A DNA stretch of 64,000 nt, taken from positions 5,856,001 through 5,920,000 of the forward strand of contig OZ241867.1 in assembly GCA_965203175.1 (NCBI GenBank), in the 5' to 3' direction. This document shows, piece by piece, positions 8,950-17,524 of this stretch. The translations under genes were made by a program, and so were the position numbers. Below the pieces are notes generated by a model, which did no database searches, was not told the DNA's origin, and saw only the letters and a list, made by a program, of their open reading frames with translations. The stretch's first letter is position 1. Every line of letters begins with the position of its first letter. The stretch is from Candidatus Latescibacterota bacterium. Lineage in GTDB: Bacteria; Latescibacterota; UBA2968; UBA8231.

Positions 8950-9447
8950 ATGAAAAAGCAGATGCTGATGGCCGGTGTTGCTCTCGCGTTCGCGAGCGCG
9001 GCTTGGGCGCAATGTCCTCACGGTGCTCAGATTCTGGCACCGGAGCAAGTAAGGGCCAGCCTTTCTAGCCCTCAGTCCCAGTTCGTGCTGGTCGAGTGGG
9101 AAGGGGTCGAAGACGCGACCCGCTACGCGATCTATTTACAGGTTTTCGACCCCGACGAGATCGAAGTCGAAGCTGGTGGAGAGATCGTTGAGCCCACCGA
9201 AACACAGCCGACCTTCGTGCCGTGGGGCCACGTGGAAGCCGTACCCGATCGGGATCGGTACAGTATGGAATTTCTTGCAGACCTGCCGAATCCCGAGTCC
9301 GCGGTTTATGGCGTGTCTGCGGAGACCCAGATGCACGGCCGCTGGGTCTCGTCGCCGATCGTGCCCGCGAGTTGGACTGCCCCCCAAATAAGCACGGCTG
9401 TCGAGGCCGTGAGCTGGGGTCAAGTCAAGGCAACAGCCGACGAATAG
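8950..9447 (+). CDS. Secreted hypothetical beta-rich protein with C-terminal SWGQVK tag
   Basis: Signal peptide (MKKQ...SAAWA|Q), strong RBS, own terminator. Confidence 0.8.
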   Translation: MKKQMLMAGVALAFASAAWAQCPHGAQILAPEQVRASLSSPQSQFVLVEWEGVEDATRYAIYLQVFDPDEIEVEAGGEIVEPTETQPTFVPWGHVEAVPDRDRYSMEFLADLPNPESAVYGVSAETQMHGRWVSSPIVPASWTAPQISTAVEAVSWGQVKATADE

Positions 9448-9472
9448 GACGCTTGCCTCATCAGACGTCCTG

Positions 9473-9508
9473 ACCCCGCCGAGCGCACTGTTCGGCGGGG
9501 TTTTTTAT
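9473..9508 (+). terminator. Rho-independent terminator
   Basis: ACCCCGCCGA...TCGGCGGGGT stem followed by a T-run. Confidence 0.85.
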
Positions 9509-9557
9509 TGGCGAGAAGCTCATCGAATCCCATCCACCCCTAATACCGGAGCATGCT

Positions 9558-10418
9558 GTGGAATCATTGCTAGCCAATCCTCGGTTGAGCCGCTTTGACC
9601 CCCTCGAGCGCATTCTGTGCTACGACGATTTCGACGCGGGGTTGAACGGCTGGACCGGACTGATCGGCAATTACGAAGATTCGCTCGATGCCATGCTGCC
9701 CGACTACCGTGACCTGCGGCCCCCCATGTTGAGCAACCTGACGATGTGGGACACTGGCACGGCCGGCTCCATGGAGGGCACTTACGCCCTTAAGCTGGCC
9801 ACTCGCCCGCAGGCCGGCGGCCTGTCCGTAGGCATCAAGCGGCACACCTTTCGGGCACTGGGCCAAGTGCAGTTAGAGTGCTATTTCGCGTTCAAGCCCG
9901 AAGCGTCCAAACTCAAGCTCGGCGAGATGGATGTCCGCGCTTGGGGTGTGCTCTTCGACGTGCAAGACGGCAATCCCCAAGGGCGGCGCTGGATGCCCCA
10001 CTTGCGCTACCTCAACGCCGAGGATGGCCAGCGCCGAGGACGCTGGCAGACTAAGCCTGCCACCCGGTCGGTACAGCCCATTGGCCACAGCGGCAAGACC
10101 GTGTCGCATTTCCACTTGGGGCCAGAGGGCTGGGAGGATGTGCCAGCCGAGCCGCAGCTTTTGTGCTACAACGAAATCGCCACCAAAATGAACTGGCACT
10201 ATCTGCGCATCGGCTTGGATCTCAAAAGGCGGGCCTTCACCGGATTCCAGTGCAACGATCACACCTTTGGGCCGGAGGGGATGCACTGCATTGAACTGCC
10301 GGCCATGGCCAACCTGTGGTGCATGCTCAACGCAGCCTTTTGGGTCGAAGCTGACGTGGATACGCGGGCCTTTCTCTATATCGACTCCGTGTTATTATCC
10401 GGGGAGTTTGCCCAATGA
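9558..10418 (+). CDS. Hypothetical protein (DUF6772-like by recollection, unverified)
   Basis: 286-aa Trp-rich ORF with host-like codon usage; ATGA overlap with the next gene. Confidence 0.65.
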   Translation: MESLLANPRLSRFDPLERILCYDDFDAGLNGWTGLIGNYEDSLDAMLPDYRDLRPPMLSNLTMWDTGTAGSMEGTYALKLATRPQAGGLSVGIKRHTFRALGQVQLECYFAFKPEASKLKLGEMDVRAWGVLFDVQDGNPQGRRWMPHLRYLNAEDGQRRGRWQTKPATRSVQPIGHSGKTVSHFHLGPEGWEDVPAEPQLLCYNEIATKMNWHYLRIGLDLKRRAFTGFQCNDHTFGPEGMHCIELPAMANLWCMLNAAFWVEADVDTRAFLYIDSVLLSGEFAQ

Positions 10419-10777
10419 GTATGCGACAGAGCCACACCGCCGTCGTGGAGCGCAATCAGGTCTGGGAAAGCGATTTTGTCACCGAGCCGCACGAGGTCGG
10501 CTGGAGCCAAGAGGCCATTTTCTTCGTGCAGATACTCCGCTTTGAAGAAGAGGACTCGCAGCCCAACCCTTTGATTGACGCCGAGGTGCGGGTGCAGATA
10601 TCGCCCGACGGCATTCACTGGTGCGACGAAGGATCGCGTCTGAACTTCTTCGTCCAGCATACGCTCGATACGCCCTCCTTTGTGCGCGTGTCGCACTACG
10701 GCGGCTGGCTGCGTCTAGCCGGGAGGATTGCCAAAGGCCGCGCTTGGACACTCGTCCATCTAGCACTCAAGGCATGA
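10415..10777 (+). CDS. Small beta-rich hypothetical protein
   Basis: Coupled to the upstream gene; VQISPDGIHWCDEG motif. Confidence 0.7.
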   Translation: MSMRQSHTAVVERNQVWESDFVTEPHEVGWSQEAIFFVQILRFEEEDSQPNPLIDAEVRVQISPDGIHWCDEGSRLNFFVQHTLDTPSFVRVSHYGGWLRLAGRIAKGRAWTLVHLALKA

Positions 10778-10892
10778 GGTAGGATCGTGGAACGAGTGCA
10801 CAAATCGCCTTTCAATCTGCAGACGATACTACGGGAACTATTTCGCTCTTGGGGCGTCTTATGCCGTTAAACATCCGGGAGGAGATCGTACC

Positions 10893-11444
10893 ATGCGTTA
10901 TCTTGCCTCGCATTTCTGTTGGACCGCAGGCGTCTTAGTTGGCGTCCTAGCCCTGTTGCCCGTCCGCGCCGAACTAGGCGTGCCCAACCGCGTCCTGATC
11001 ACCGACGATGGTAGAGGTCCAATCTGGTCGCCCGACGGAACCAAAATCGCCTTTCAATCCGACCGGGACCTCGTCGGTGGACGATGGGATATATGGATCG
11101 TGAATGCCGACGGAACCAACCCACAAAACCTAACCCAAAATCCCGGCGTCGACGACATGCGTCCCGTCTGGTCGCCCGACGGCACTAGGATCGCCTTTCA
11201 ATCCTCTCGCGAGGGCTTAAGCATCCGCGATTCGGATATATGGATCATGGACGCCGACGGAACCAACCCACAAAACCTGACCCAGACTTCCGGCATCGGC
11301 GACACGCGTCCCGTCTGGTCACCTGACGGCACTAGGATCGCCTTTCAATCTGATGACGCTATCTGGGTATTGGAATTGGAAGCAGTACCCACTGGTGTGG
11401 CCCCAGCGACTTGGGGCACGGTGAAAAGAACTGTGTTCGAGTAA
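10893..11444 (+). CDS. Secreted PD40/TolB-like repeat protein with C-terminal TWGTVK tag
   Basis: Signal peptide, GGAGGAG RBS, three PxWSPDGTxIAFQS motifs. Confidence 0.85.
   Translation: MRYLASHFCWTAGVLVGVLALLPVRAELGVPNRVLITDDGRGPIWSPDGTKIAFQSDRDLVGGRWDIWIVNADGTNPQNLTQNPGVDDMRPVWSPDGTRIAFQSSREGLSIRDSDIWIMDADGTNPQNLTQTSGIGDTRPVWSPDGTRIAFQSDDAIWVLELEAVPTGVAPATWGTVKRTVFE
11087..11350 (+). repeat. Intragenic tandem duplication, 147-bp period
   Basis: 11087-11203 and 11234-11350 are closely similar at the DNA level (GGATATATGGATC...GACGGCACTAGGATCGCCTTTCAATC). Confidence 0.85.
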
Positions 11445-11698
11445 ATGCCTTCAGATGGCTCCGTTCGCGTTTGTAGCCGAAGCCGTCGTCCCAGTTGAGT
11501 CCCCCTCTGCACCTACAGTCGCCGCGAAACGTTAAAGGTTGGGGTCGGGCCGTCTGTCTCTTGTGGAAGCTCTGTCCATCTGCTGTATTATAATCCCTCC
11601 AAGAAAAAAGAACCTCAACGGACGAGACTTCGGCGATGCCCTAGACATTCCGGTATTGCGCTGATATCTCCGAGCCCAAACTGAATGGAGGTGCAACG

Positions 11699-12547
11699 AT
11701 GATCGACAAGGTGGCTAAATCCCTGCTGACCAATCGACACAGGCCATTGACCTCTGTCGCGGTGGCAATGCTCCTAGCTATACCGCCCGTGTTAGCCCAG
11801 ATCGACGCGGCGTTTGCCGAAGACCAGCGCTTCTATGTCGGCATAGCAGTCCCCGTGGAACAGCTCAATGCTTCCTTTGATAAAACCGTTGACAATACCG
11901 CCGAGAACACGCTGGTGCCCGAGCCACGCAAGGGCATGGTGTTTCAGGATGGGGATTCCGCCAATACATCGGCGTATGGGATCGGCTTCCTCGCCGGCTA
12001 TCGCGCCTCCCTCGCTGAGAGCAGTTTTTACCTGAGCGGCGAGGTCGATATTGCATTGCACGGCGGCGAAGTGGAGGGCCAACTTGCAGGGATTGGGGAG
12101 TCCCCGGGGCGCAATCAACTCGGGGAAAGCTGGCCCGATCACTGGTCTCTCGCCAAAGACAGAAGCTACGGCTTCACGCTCAAGTTGGGCGGAGGCTCTG
12201 GCGCGTTGCGGAATCTTTACGCGCTCGCAGGCATTCGCCGCGTTGAAGCCCAGTTTACGACCCGCTATTACGGCTGCTTAGATGCCAGTCCGTGTTCATC
12301 GGCTGAGGATACTCCCAACTTTGTTTCCGGAACAGACAGCCGCGACCTGGATTTGCAGGGGTGGACGGTCGGTCTCGGTTTAGAAAAGGCGCTCGGGCAA
12401 CAACTCGCGCTTCGCGCTGAAACGCGTTACACCCAGTATGCCAGTGAAGATTGGGTCACTCCATTTGACGACGTGGGCGTCACAGTCCCAGCAGTTCTGG
12501 AAGCCAACGAGACCAGCTTGTCGTTGAGATTGGCGCGGTATTTCTGA
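11699..12547 (+). CDS. Outer-membrane beta-barrel protein (8-stranded OmpA/opacity-like)
   Basis: Signal-like N-terminus, FYVGI strand, GWTVGLGLE...LRAETRYTQY, terminal aromatic YF; GGAGG RBS. Confidence 0.75.
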   Translation: MIDKVAKSLLTNRHRPLTSVAVAMLLAIPPVLAQIDAAFAEDQRFYVGIAVPVEQLNASFDKTVDNTAENTLVPEPRKGMVFQDGDSANTSAYGIGFLAGYRASLAESSFYLSGEVDIALHGGEVEGQLAGIGESPGRNQLGESWPDHWSLAKDRSYGFTLKLGGGSGALRNLYALAGIRRVEAQFTTRYYGCLDASPCSSAEDTPNFVSGTDSRDLDLQGWTVGLGLEKALGQQLALRAETRYTQYASEDWVTPFDDVGVTVPAVLEANETSLSLRLARYF

Positions 12548-12675
12548 GGTGGGTCAGGAGGCCGACTAACCCGTCCATCGCCACATCGCCAGCAGCCTCT
12601 AGAAACCTGATCGACATTTCGACGTTCAATAACTCACAGGCGTTAAGTCCGTCTTTTTCACGGAGAGATTCCTCT

Positions 12676-13554
12676 ATGCGATTTTCGTTTGTCACGCTGT
12701 GCGCCCTCATCTGCTCCAGTGCGGCGATTAATGCTGCCAGCGCGGAAGCGGGACGATCCGGTTGGTACTTCAGCATCGGGACCGGTCTTGCACTAAATTC
12801 GGGCATGGACCAAGAGGGTTGGAATAGGGATACCGTGTGCTATCCAACAGATCCCTGTTTCGTTGCCGATCCCGTCCCAGAGCTTTCGGGCTACCGCTGG
12901 CGCTACGCCATCGATGCGGATGCCGGCAGTGGGTTCGAAATCACCTTCGGCCGTGCGCTCGGCCCCCTGCGCCTAGAGGTCTCGGCGTCGCAGAGCAAAA
13001 ATAACATTGAGCAGGAGTTTGCCTCGCTCGAATATCTCGACGGCAGTCCCTGGACGGGCCGCGAAGATGGAACGGTGGTTTCCAATGACGTGGCTTCGAT
13101 CGGCGACCTCACCACGCGGGTCGCAGCACTGAACGTCTATCGCGATTTCTCGGCGGCACACCGCGCCCTGACCCCGTACATTGGCATCGGGCTAGGCGCG
13201 GCCTTCGTCAAGATCAGCGACGTGCAGTACTCTAACAATTACCAGGATACGGCAGAGTCACCGCCTGTCTACGACCCGCCGCTGTCGTTCTACAACAGCG
13301 TCACGGATGTGGATTATTCCGATACGGTAGCCGCCGGTCGGTTACACGCTGGTGCCGATTACGCAGTGCATGACCGGATGCTTCTTGGAGTGAAGCTGAC
13401 CTATACACTAGTAGACGACATTGCGGACACCGGCGTCTATGACAGCCACCCAATGCAACAAGCGGGCGATCTCCCCTTCACCAACCAGACTACCTTCGAT
13501 GCCTCACATAGTTGGTCGCTAGCTATCGCGCTCAAGCATCAACTCGGCCGTTGA
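12676..13554 (+). CDS. Outer-membrane beta-barrel protein (opacity/Msp4-like)
   Basis: Signal peptide, GWYFSIGTG, LRLEVS, LNVYRDF, TPYIGIGLG, AGADY. Confidence 0.78.
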   Translation: MRFSFVTLCALICSSAAINAASAEAGRSGWYFSIGTGLALNSGMDQEGWNRDTVCYPTDPCFVADPVPELSGYRWRYAIDADAGSGFEITFGRALGPLRLEVSASQSKNNIEQEFASLEYLDGSPWTGREDGTVVSNDVASIGDLTTRVAALNVYRDFSAAHRALTPYIGIGLGAAFVKISDVQYSNNYQDTAESPPVYDPPLSFYNSVTDVDYSDTVAAGRLHAGADYAVHDRMLLGVKLTYTLVDDIADTGVYDSHPMQQAGDLPFTNQTTFDASHSWSLAIALKHQLGR

Positions 13555-13576
13555 GCCTTCGTTCCTGTCGGTATCA

Positions 13577-15031
13577 TCAGCGCGTACTCTTGCCCGTCAG
13601 CACGAACCACACCGTTTGCAGCATGATCTTGAAGTCCAGCTTGAGCGACATGTTCTCGATGTAGTAGAAATCGTACTCCAGCCGCTCGCGGGCAATGCCC
13701 ACCACGTCCTTGGAATCGAGGTCGAACTCGTGCTTGGACTGCGCCCAGCCCAACAGGCCGGGCTTGACGTTGAAACGCCGCATGTACAAGGGAATCTGCG
13801 TCTTGAATTGCTCGACGAAAAACGGGCGTTCGGGCCGTGGACCGACCAAGCTCATGTCGCCGCGCAGGAAGTTGATGCACTGGGGAATCTCATCTAAGTG
13901 CAGGGCGCGCAGCACCCGGCCAATTGGGGTCACCCGGGGGTCTGCTCCCTTGGCCCACACCGGGCCAGTCTTCTCCTCGGCATCCACGTACATCGAGCGA
14001 AATTTGAGCATCGCAAAAGTCCGCCCCCCCTCGCCGACGCGCTCTTGGCGAAAGAACACCGGCCCTTTGGAGGTCAGCTTGATCGCCGCGGCCACCAACA
14101 GCCACAACGGAGCCAAACCCGCGAGCACGACGACAGCTACCACCACGTCGATGAGCCGCTTGACCGTCCGCTGCCAAGCCGGCATCAACTCGGGCATGAG
14201 TTCCATCAGCGGCACGCCGTAAATCTGCGTCGTGCGCACGTGGCCGGTCACAATGTCGTACAGGTCGGGCGTGATGCCGAAGGAGACCGGCAGCCCTTCG
14301 GCCTTCTCGACGATCTGCATGATCTCTTCGTGCGAATTGGCTTGCAAGGCGATGAGCACGGCCTCAATGCTCTCGGCCGCAAGGATGGTTCGCAACTCAC
14401 TTACTTCGCCGAGTATGGGCAGGCCGTCAATGGCCGCGTGATCGTTCTCGCCGCGCGCCCGCACAAGACCCACAATCTCATATCCCTGCGCCGGCGCCGA
14501 GCGCAATGCACGCAGCAACCGGATACCGCGCGCATTCACGCCCACAATGGCCGTGCGCCGGAGGCCAATGCCGCGCAACAACAGTTGCCGCTCAAAACTG
14601 CGCAGCAGCACCCGGCCGCCCGCCACCAGTGCGACCATGCCCAGCCAGTAGAACAGGACCAGCAGCCGAGTAAGGCGGATGTCGCGGTCAAAGGTAGCTA
14701 CCATGGCCAGCAAGATGCCCAAAGTGACGACCTTGACGACCTCGTATATTTCGTCGAAGCGCGAGCTAGACAGGGAGGATTGGTAGAAGCCAAAAAACAG
14801 GAACAGCAGCAGCCAGCAGCCACTTATTAGCGGCAACACGTCTGAGTAATAGCCCAACGCATACCAGAAGCTCGGTCCGTCCACAGCATCTGGATAGAGC
14901 CGCTCGTAGTTGTGGCGGACGATTTCTAGCCCGCCGCTGGCCAACTTCATCCACAAAAAGAACACCGACGCCAAACTGACGGCGACTGTGTCGCTCAGCA
15001 ACAGCAGGACAACGCGTTTCAGACGCGACAT
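13577..15031 (-). CDS. Polyprenyl-phosphate hexose phosphotransferase (WcaJ/WbaP type)
   Basis: N-terminal TMs, Rossmann-like domain, KFRSM, DPRVT, LDEIPQ, MSLVGPRPE. Confidence 0.93.
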   Translation of the reverse strand: MSRLKRVVLLLLSDTVAVSLASVFFLWMKLASGGLEIVRHNYERLYPDAVDGPSFWYALGYYSDVLPLISGCWLLLFLFFGFYQSSLSSSRFDEIYEVVKVVTLGILLAMVATFDRDIRLTRLLVLFYWLGMVALVAGGRVLLRSFERQLLLRGIGLRRTAIVGVNARGIRLLRALRSAPAQGYEIVGLVRARGENDHAAIDGLPILGEVSELRTILAAESIEAVLIALQANSHEEIMQIVEKAEGLPVSFGITPDLYDIVTGHVRTTQIYGVPLMELMPELMPAWQRTVKRLIDVVVAVVVLAGLAPLWLLVAAAIKLTSKGPVFFRQERVGEGGRTFAMLKFRSMYVDAEEKTGPVWAKGADPRVTPIGRVLRALHLDEIPQCINFLRGDMSLVGPRPERPFFVEQFKTQIPLYMRRFNVKPGLLGWAQSKHEFDLDSKDVVGIARERLEYDFYYIENMSLKLDFKIMLQTVWFVLTGKSTR

Positions 15032-15038
15032 ATACGCT

Positions 15039-16178
15039 CTACCTCGCAGGCTGCCAGACCCGGCGGCGGCGACCCATTAGGAAGCTCAGCAGCCCCAGCA
15101 AGGTGCCCCAATTGGTGGCGGTGAAATAGGCTGGCACGTAGAAGAGCCAACAGCGCCCGAGCCGCTCCGGCAGCAAGAGGCCCAAAGCGGCTAAGCCGTA
15201 GAAAGCCACTTGCAGCGCGAGCAAGATACCGTAGTACTCGCTCACGGCCAATGGAATATTGACCGCGAGCACTACCAACAGCCACACCGGCACGAGCCAG
15301 CGGAGCAGCTTGTGGGAGAACATCTGAAACGCAAAAAAAAAGTGTGCGAATGGGTTGAGCACGCTGGCCTCGGTCCATAGCCCGTAGAGCGAGCGCGAGA
15401 CAATGCGGCGGCGGCGGCGGAACTCATCGCCAAAGCGAACGCTGCTGTATTCGGTGGCAACGGCCTTTGGCTCGTACGCGATGCGAAAGCCGCGCTGCCA
15501 TGCACTCAGAGGCGCGACAAAGTCGCTGATAATATCGCCGCGCAGTTCGACGAACAGCTCGCGCCGGAGCGCGTAGATCGCCCCATTAGCGCCCAACGTG
15601 GAGCTGAGCAAGCTCTCTCGGCGCTTGAGAAATTGCTCGTAGCGCCAGTACAGGCCTTCGCCCTTGCCAGCACCTTGCTCATCTGGATTGGCGTATTGCA
15701 ACTCGCCGCAAACGCAGCCGATCCGCTCGTCGGCAAAGGGTGCCAACAGCCGCTTGAGCGCACTGGACGCGTACATGCTGTTGGCATCTGAGAACGCGAG
15801 GAACTGCCCGCGCGCCAAGCGCACACCCGCGTTTTGCGCCTCGGTTTTGCCGCCGCGGACCTCCTGTCGGTGTAGCCGCACCCCCCGCGCGGCAAATTCG
15901 GTGGCAATGCGGTCGGTGCCATCGGTCGAGGCGTCTGAGACGACGAGGATGTCGAGCCGCTCGGCTGGGTAGTCCATGGCCAGCGCGTTTTCTAGCTTGG
16001 CGCGCAATACGACTTCTTCATTGTGCGCGGCAATGATCAGCGACACTGTGGGCCATTCGCTCAGCGACGCGTACTCGGGCATCTTGCGACCGGCCGCTAA
16101 GAGCCAGAGCAAAACTGGGTAGATTAGGTAGGTATAGACGACGAGGAATAAAGCAGCCCAAAAAACGGCAATGAGCAT
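15039..16178 (-). CDS. GT2 glycosyltransferase
   Basis: AAHNEE, DASTDGT, FSDAN, RRRRRI; terminal TM helices. Confidence 0.9.
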   Translation of the reverse strand: MLIAVFWAALFLVVYTYLIYPVLLWLLAAGRKMPEYASLSEWPTVSLIIAAHNEEVVLRAKLENALAMDYPAERLDILVVSDASTDGTDRIATEFAARGVRLHRQEVRGGKTEAQNAGVRLARGQFLAFSDANSMYASSALKRLLAPFADERIGCVCGELQYANPDEQGAGKGEGLYWRYEQFLKRRESLLSSTLGANGAIYALRRELFVELRGDIISDFVAPLSAWQRGFRIAYEPKAVATEYSSVRFGDEFRRRRRIVSRSLYGLWTEASVLNPFAHFFFAFQMFSHKLLRWLVPVWLLVVLAVNIPLAVSEYYGILLALQVAFYGLAALGLLLPERLGRCWLFYVPAYFTATNWGTLLGLLSFLMGRRRRVWQPAR

Positions 16179-16309
16179 GGGATTCTAACGGTAGAAAACA
16201 GTGTTACGACGTATCTTATCTCATTATATTTTCGTCATTTGTAGTCATTTATGCAACCGTGCAACGCGCGTTGCATGGGATTGGTGCCAGCGGTGGGAAT
16301 TTGCGGGCA

Positions 16310-17470
16310 TTATCTGGCTAGCACCTCTTCGTAGAGCGCGTAAATGCGCGCTGCCACCCGGCGGTAGTCGTAGCGTTCCTCAGCCTGTCGGCGGATCACC
16401 TCGCGGTCGTAGCAATCGTATTCGTCTAGCACCGCGAGGATGCCCGCCGCCAAGTCCTCCGCGTCGCCGACCGCCACTAGCCTCCCGATCTCCTCATTGA
16501 CGACCTCCTCTGGCCCACCACAGCGCGTGGCGACCACGGGCAGGCCACAGGCCATGGCTTCGATCAGGGACGTGGTCAGTCCCTCGCTGAAACTGGGCAG
16601 CACGAACAGATCCGCGGCGGCCATATAGGAAGGTAGCTCCTCCCAAGGGATCGCGTCCTCAAACGACACATGCTCGGACAGGTTCAAGGCCTTGACTTGA
16701 GGTAGGAAAGGATCGGCGGTCCCGGTCGCAGGATGGCCACCGATCAAAGTCAACGAGACATCGCGGCCCTGACTGCGCACTTTAGCCAATGCCGGCAGCA
16801 AGACGCGCAATCCCTTTGCCTCGACAAATCGGCCCACATAAAGTAGGTGCCACTTTTCTTTATCGGGCTGGTGCGACCCGGCCACCGAAAAGAGCCGGCA
16901 GTCAACGCCGTTGGGAATGCAGTGAACCTTGTCGGCCGGAACGCCCAATTGCATCACCTGGCGACGCAGCTCTTGGCTGACGACAATAACGGCCGCGGCT
17001 TGCGTTAGGGTCTCAACGATCAATTGCCGCCATTGGGACTTGAGCTTGGGCAGGATCTTAACGTCGGAACCGTGGACTGTGATGACTACGGGCCGACCGG
17101 TTTGTGAACCGTACTCAACAGCGGCCCGACCGTCGGGATAGGCGCAGTGTGCGTGGATGATATCCGGCACACCCGCAACAGCGTTGCGCAAAGCCTTGAG
17201 GTGAAAACGCCACTGCTGGGTAAAGAAAATCCGCCGCGGTACGGCGAAGCGGCGGGGATGCCGCACCTCGATTTCGTCCAGCACTTCGCGGCTTGGGACG
17301 TGGCGGTAGGCACTCCACAACCCAAATCCCGGCAGGGGAAACCAAGGCACGGGTGCCACTACCTCTAGTTGACAATGATCTTGGAGGAAACGCGCCTGAT
17401 TGTGGACAAAACTTCCGGACAGCTTAGATATGGCGTTGGGGTAGAGGTGCGATAGCAGCAAAACTTTCAC
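16310..17470 (-). CDS. GT4 glycosyltransferase
   Basis: TVHGSD, IPNGVD, YVGRF, EGL...EAMACGLPVV. Confidence 0.92.
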   Translation of the reverse strand: MKVLLLSHLYPNAISKLSGSFVHNQARFLQDHCQLEVVAPVPWFPLPGFGLWSAYRHVPSREVLDEIEVRHPRRFAVPRRIFFTQQWRFHLKALRNAVAGVPDIIHAHCAYPDGRAAVEYGSQTGRPVVITVHGSDVKILPKLKSQWRQLIVETLTQAAAVIVVSQELRRQVMQLGVPADKVHCIPNGVDCRLFSVAGSHQPDKEKWHLLYVGRFVEAKGLRVLLPALAKVRSQGRDVSLTLIGGHPATGTADPFLPQVKALNLSEHVSFEDAIPWEELPSYMAAADLFVLPSFSEGLTTSLIEAMACGLPVVATRCGGPEEVVNEEIGRLVAVGDAEDLAAGILAVLDEYDCYDREVIRRQAEERYDYRRVAARIYALYEEVLAR

Positions 17471-17524
17471 GATTGATCCTCGCGTTCTTCAAGCGCCGGC
17501 ACGGCAAACAGGGGACTAAGACCT

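Noticed and set aside
11020-11350. Repeats as a possible CRISPR array
   Set aside because: In-frame coding repeats with a 147-bp period, no unique spacers and no cas genes.
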